Shown: in pieces, positions 63,591 through 64,000 of the stretch
Position numbering within the stretch: the first letter of the stretch is position 1
How the letters are laid out: the number at the start of each line of letters is the position of its first letter
NCBI GenBank assembly: GCA_002633005.1
Contig: NMRA01000021.1
Location: 1,237,119 to 1,301,118, forward strand
Direction of reading: 5' to 3'
DNA length: 64,000 nt
DNA from: Phoronis australis
Lineage: Eukaryota; Animalia; Phoronida
Notes under the pieces: generated by a model
Database searches by the model: none
Seen by the model: only the letters and a program-made list of their open reading frames with translations
Told to the model about the DNA's origin: nothing
Made by a program: the position numbers and the translations under genes

Positions 63591-64000
63591 CCTAGAGTAA
63601 ACCAGACTTCAACTTTGATAGAGAAAACTATTGGTCAAAGGTTACAGTTCTGCAAAATTTGGCACTTTTATATTAAGTTTGGGTATGTATGGGGATCAGT
63701 AGAAAATGACGAGGTGCAGTTAGGGGGATGATAGTAACGCGATAATCATATCAATTGAACTTAGGTGGAAGTTAGGTGCTCCATAGAAAACAGGAGCTTC
63801 GTGCCATAGCCACAGTTACCCCATTCGAATGTTCTGTTGACAGGGAATGGAGTGGAAACTGTGGCGACCGGCAGTTCAATAATCGTGGCAAGCCAGGTGG
63901 GGTGGGGCAGTTCAAAACTGTGGCGAGATTTGGGGATGAACATAAATGTGTCAAGCAGGGGAAAACGGGTGAGCGTGGCAACGGCCGACTGCAAGAGTGT

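Overview
AT-rich, intron-containing animal (invertebrate-like) genomic DNA, dense in transposon relics, with one assembly gap (N 4499-4731). Two host genes are supported. (1) A + strand multi-exon gene: seven exons (14210-37252) with canonical GT-AG sites and matching phases reconstruct a complete TKL/RIPK-like protein kinase domain with a non-RD catalytic loop (HADLKLGN). The seventh exon ends at a phase-0 GT donor with no stop, and the next in-phase acceptors open the intronless RING-Bbox-Bbox-coiled-coil-NHL (TRIM-NHL) ORF at 38452/38551-40575. This predicts a ~1000-aa kinase-TRIM-NHL fusion and is the main candidate novelty; the last junction is inferred, not observed. (2) A single-coding-exon secreted LRR-LRRCT-Ig protein (53032-55794) ending in a GPI-like hydrophobic tail with no cytoplasmic domain. 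The rest includes a near-complete Mag-type Gypsy LTR element inserted in a (TG)n tract in kinase intron 1, CR1/L2-like and L1/Tx1 LINE relics, a Penelope GIY-YIG fragment, an Academ-like element with TIRs/TSD, Tc1/mariner, THAP and Mutator-like fragments, several MITE families, a tRNA-derived SINE head and microsatellites. All family assignments are from motif recognition by eye; no database searches were run.
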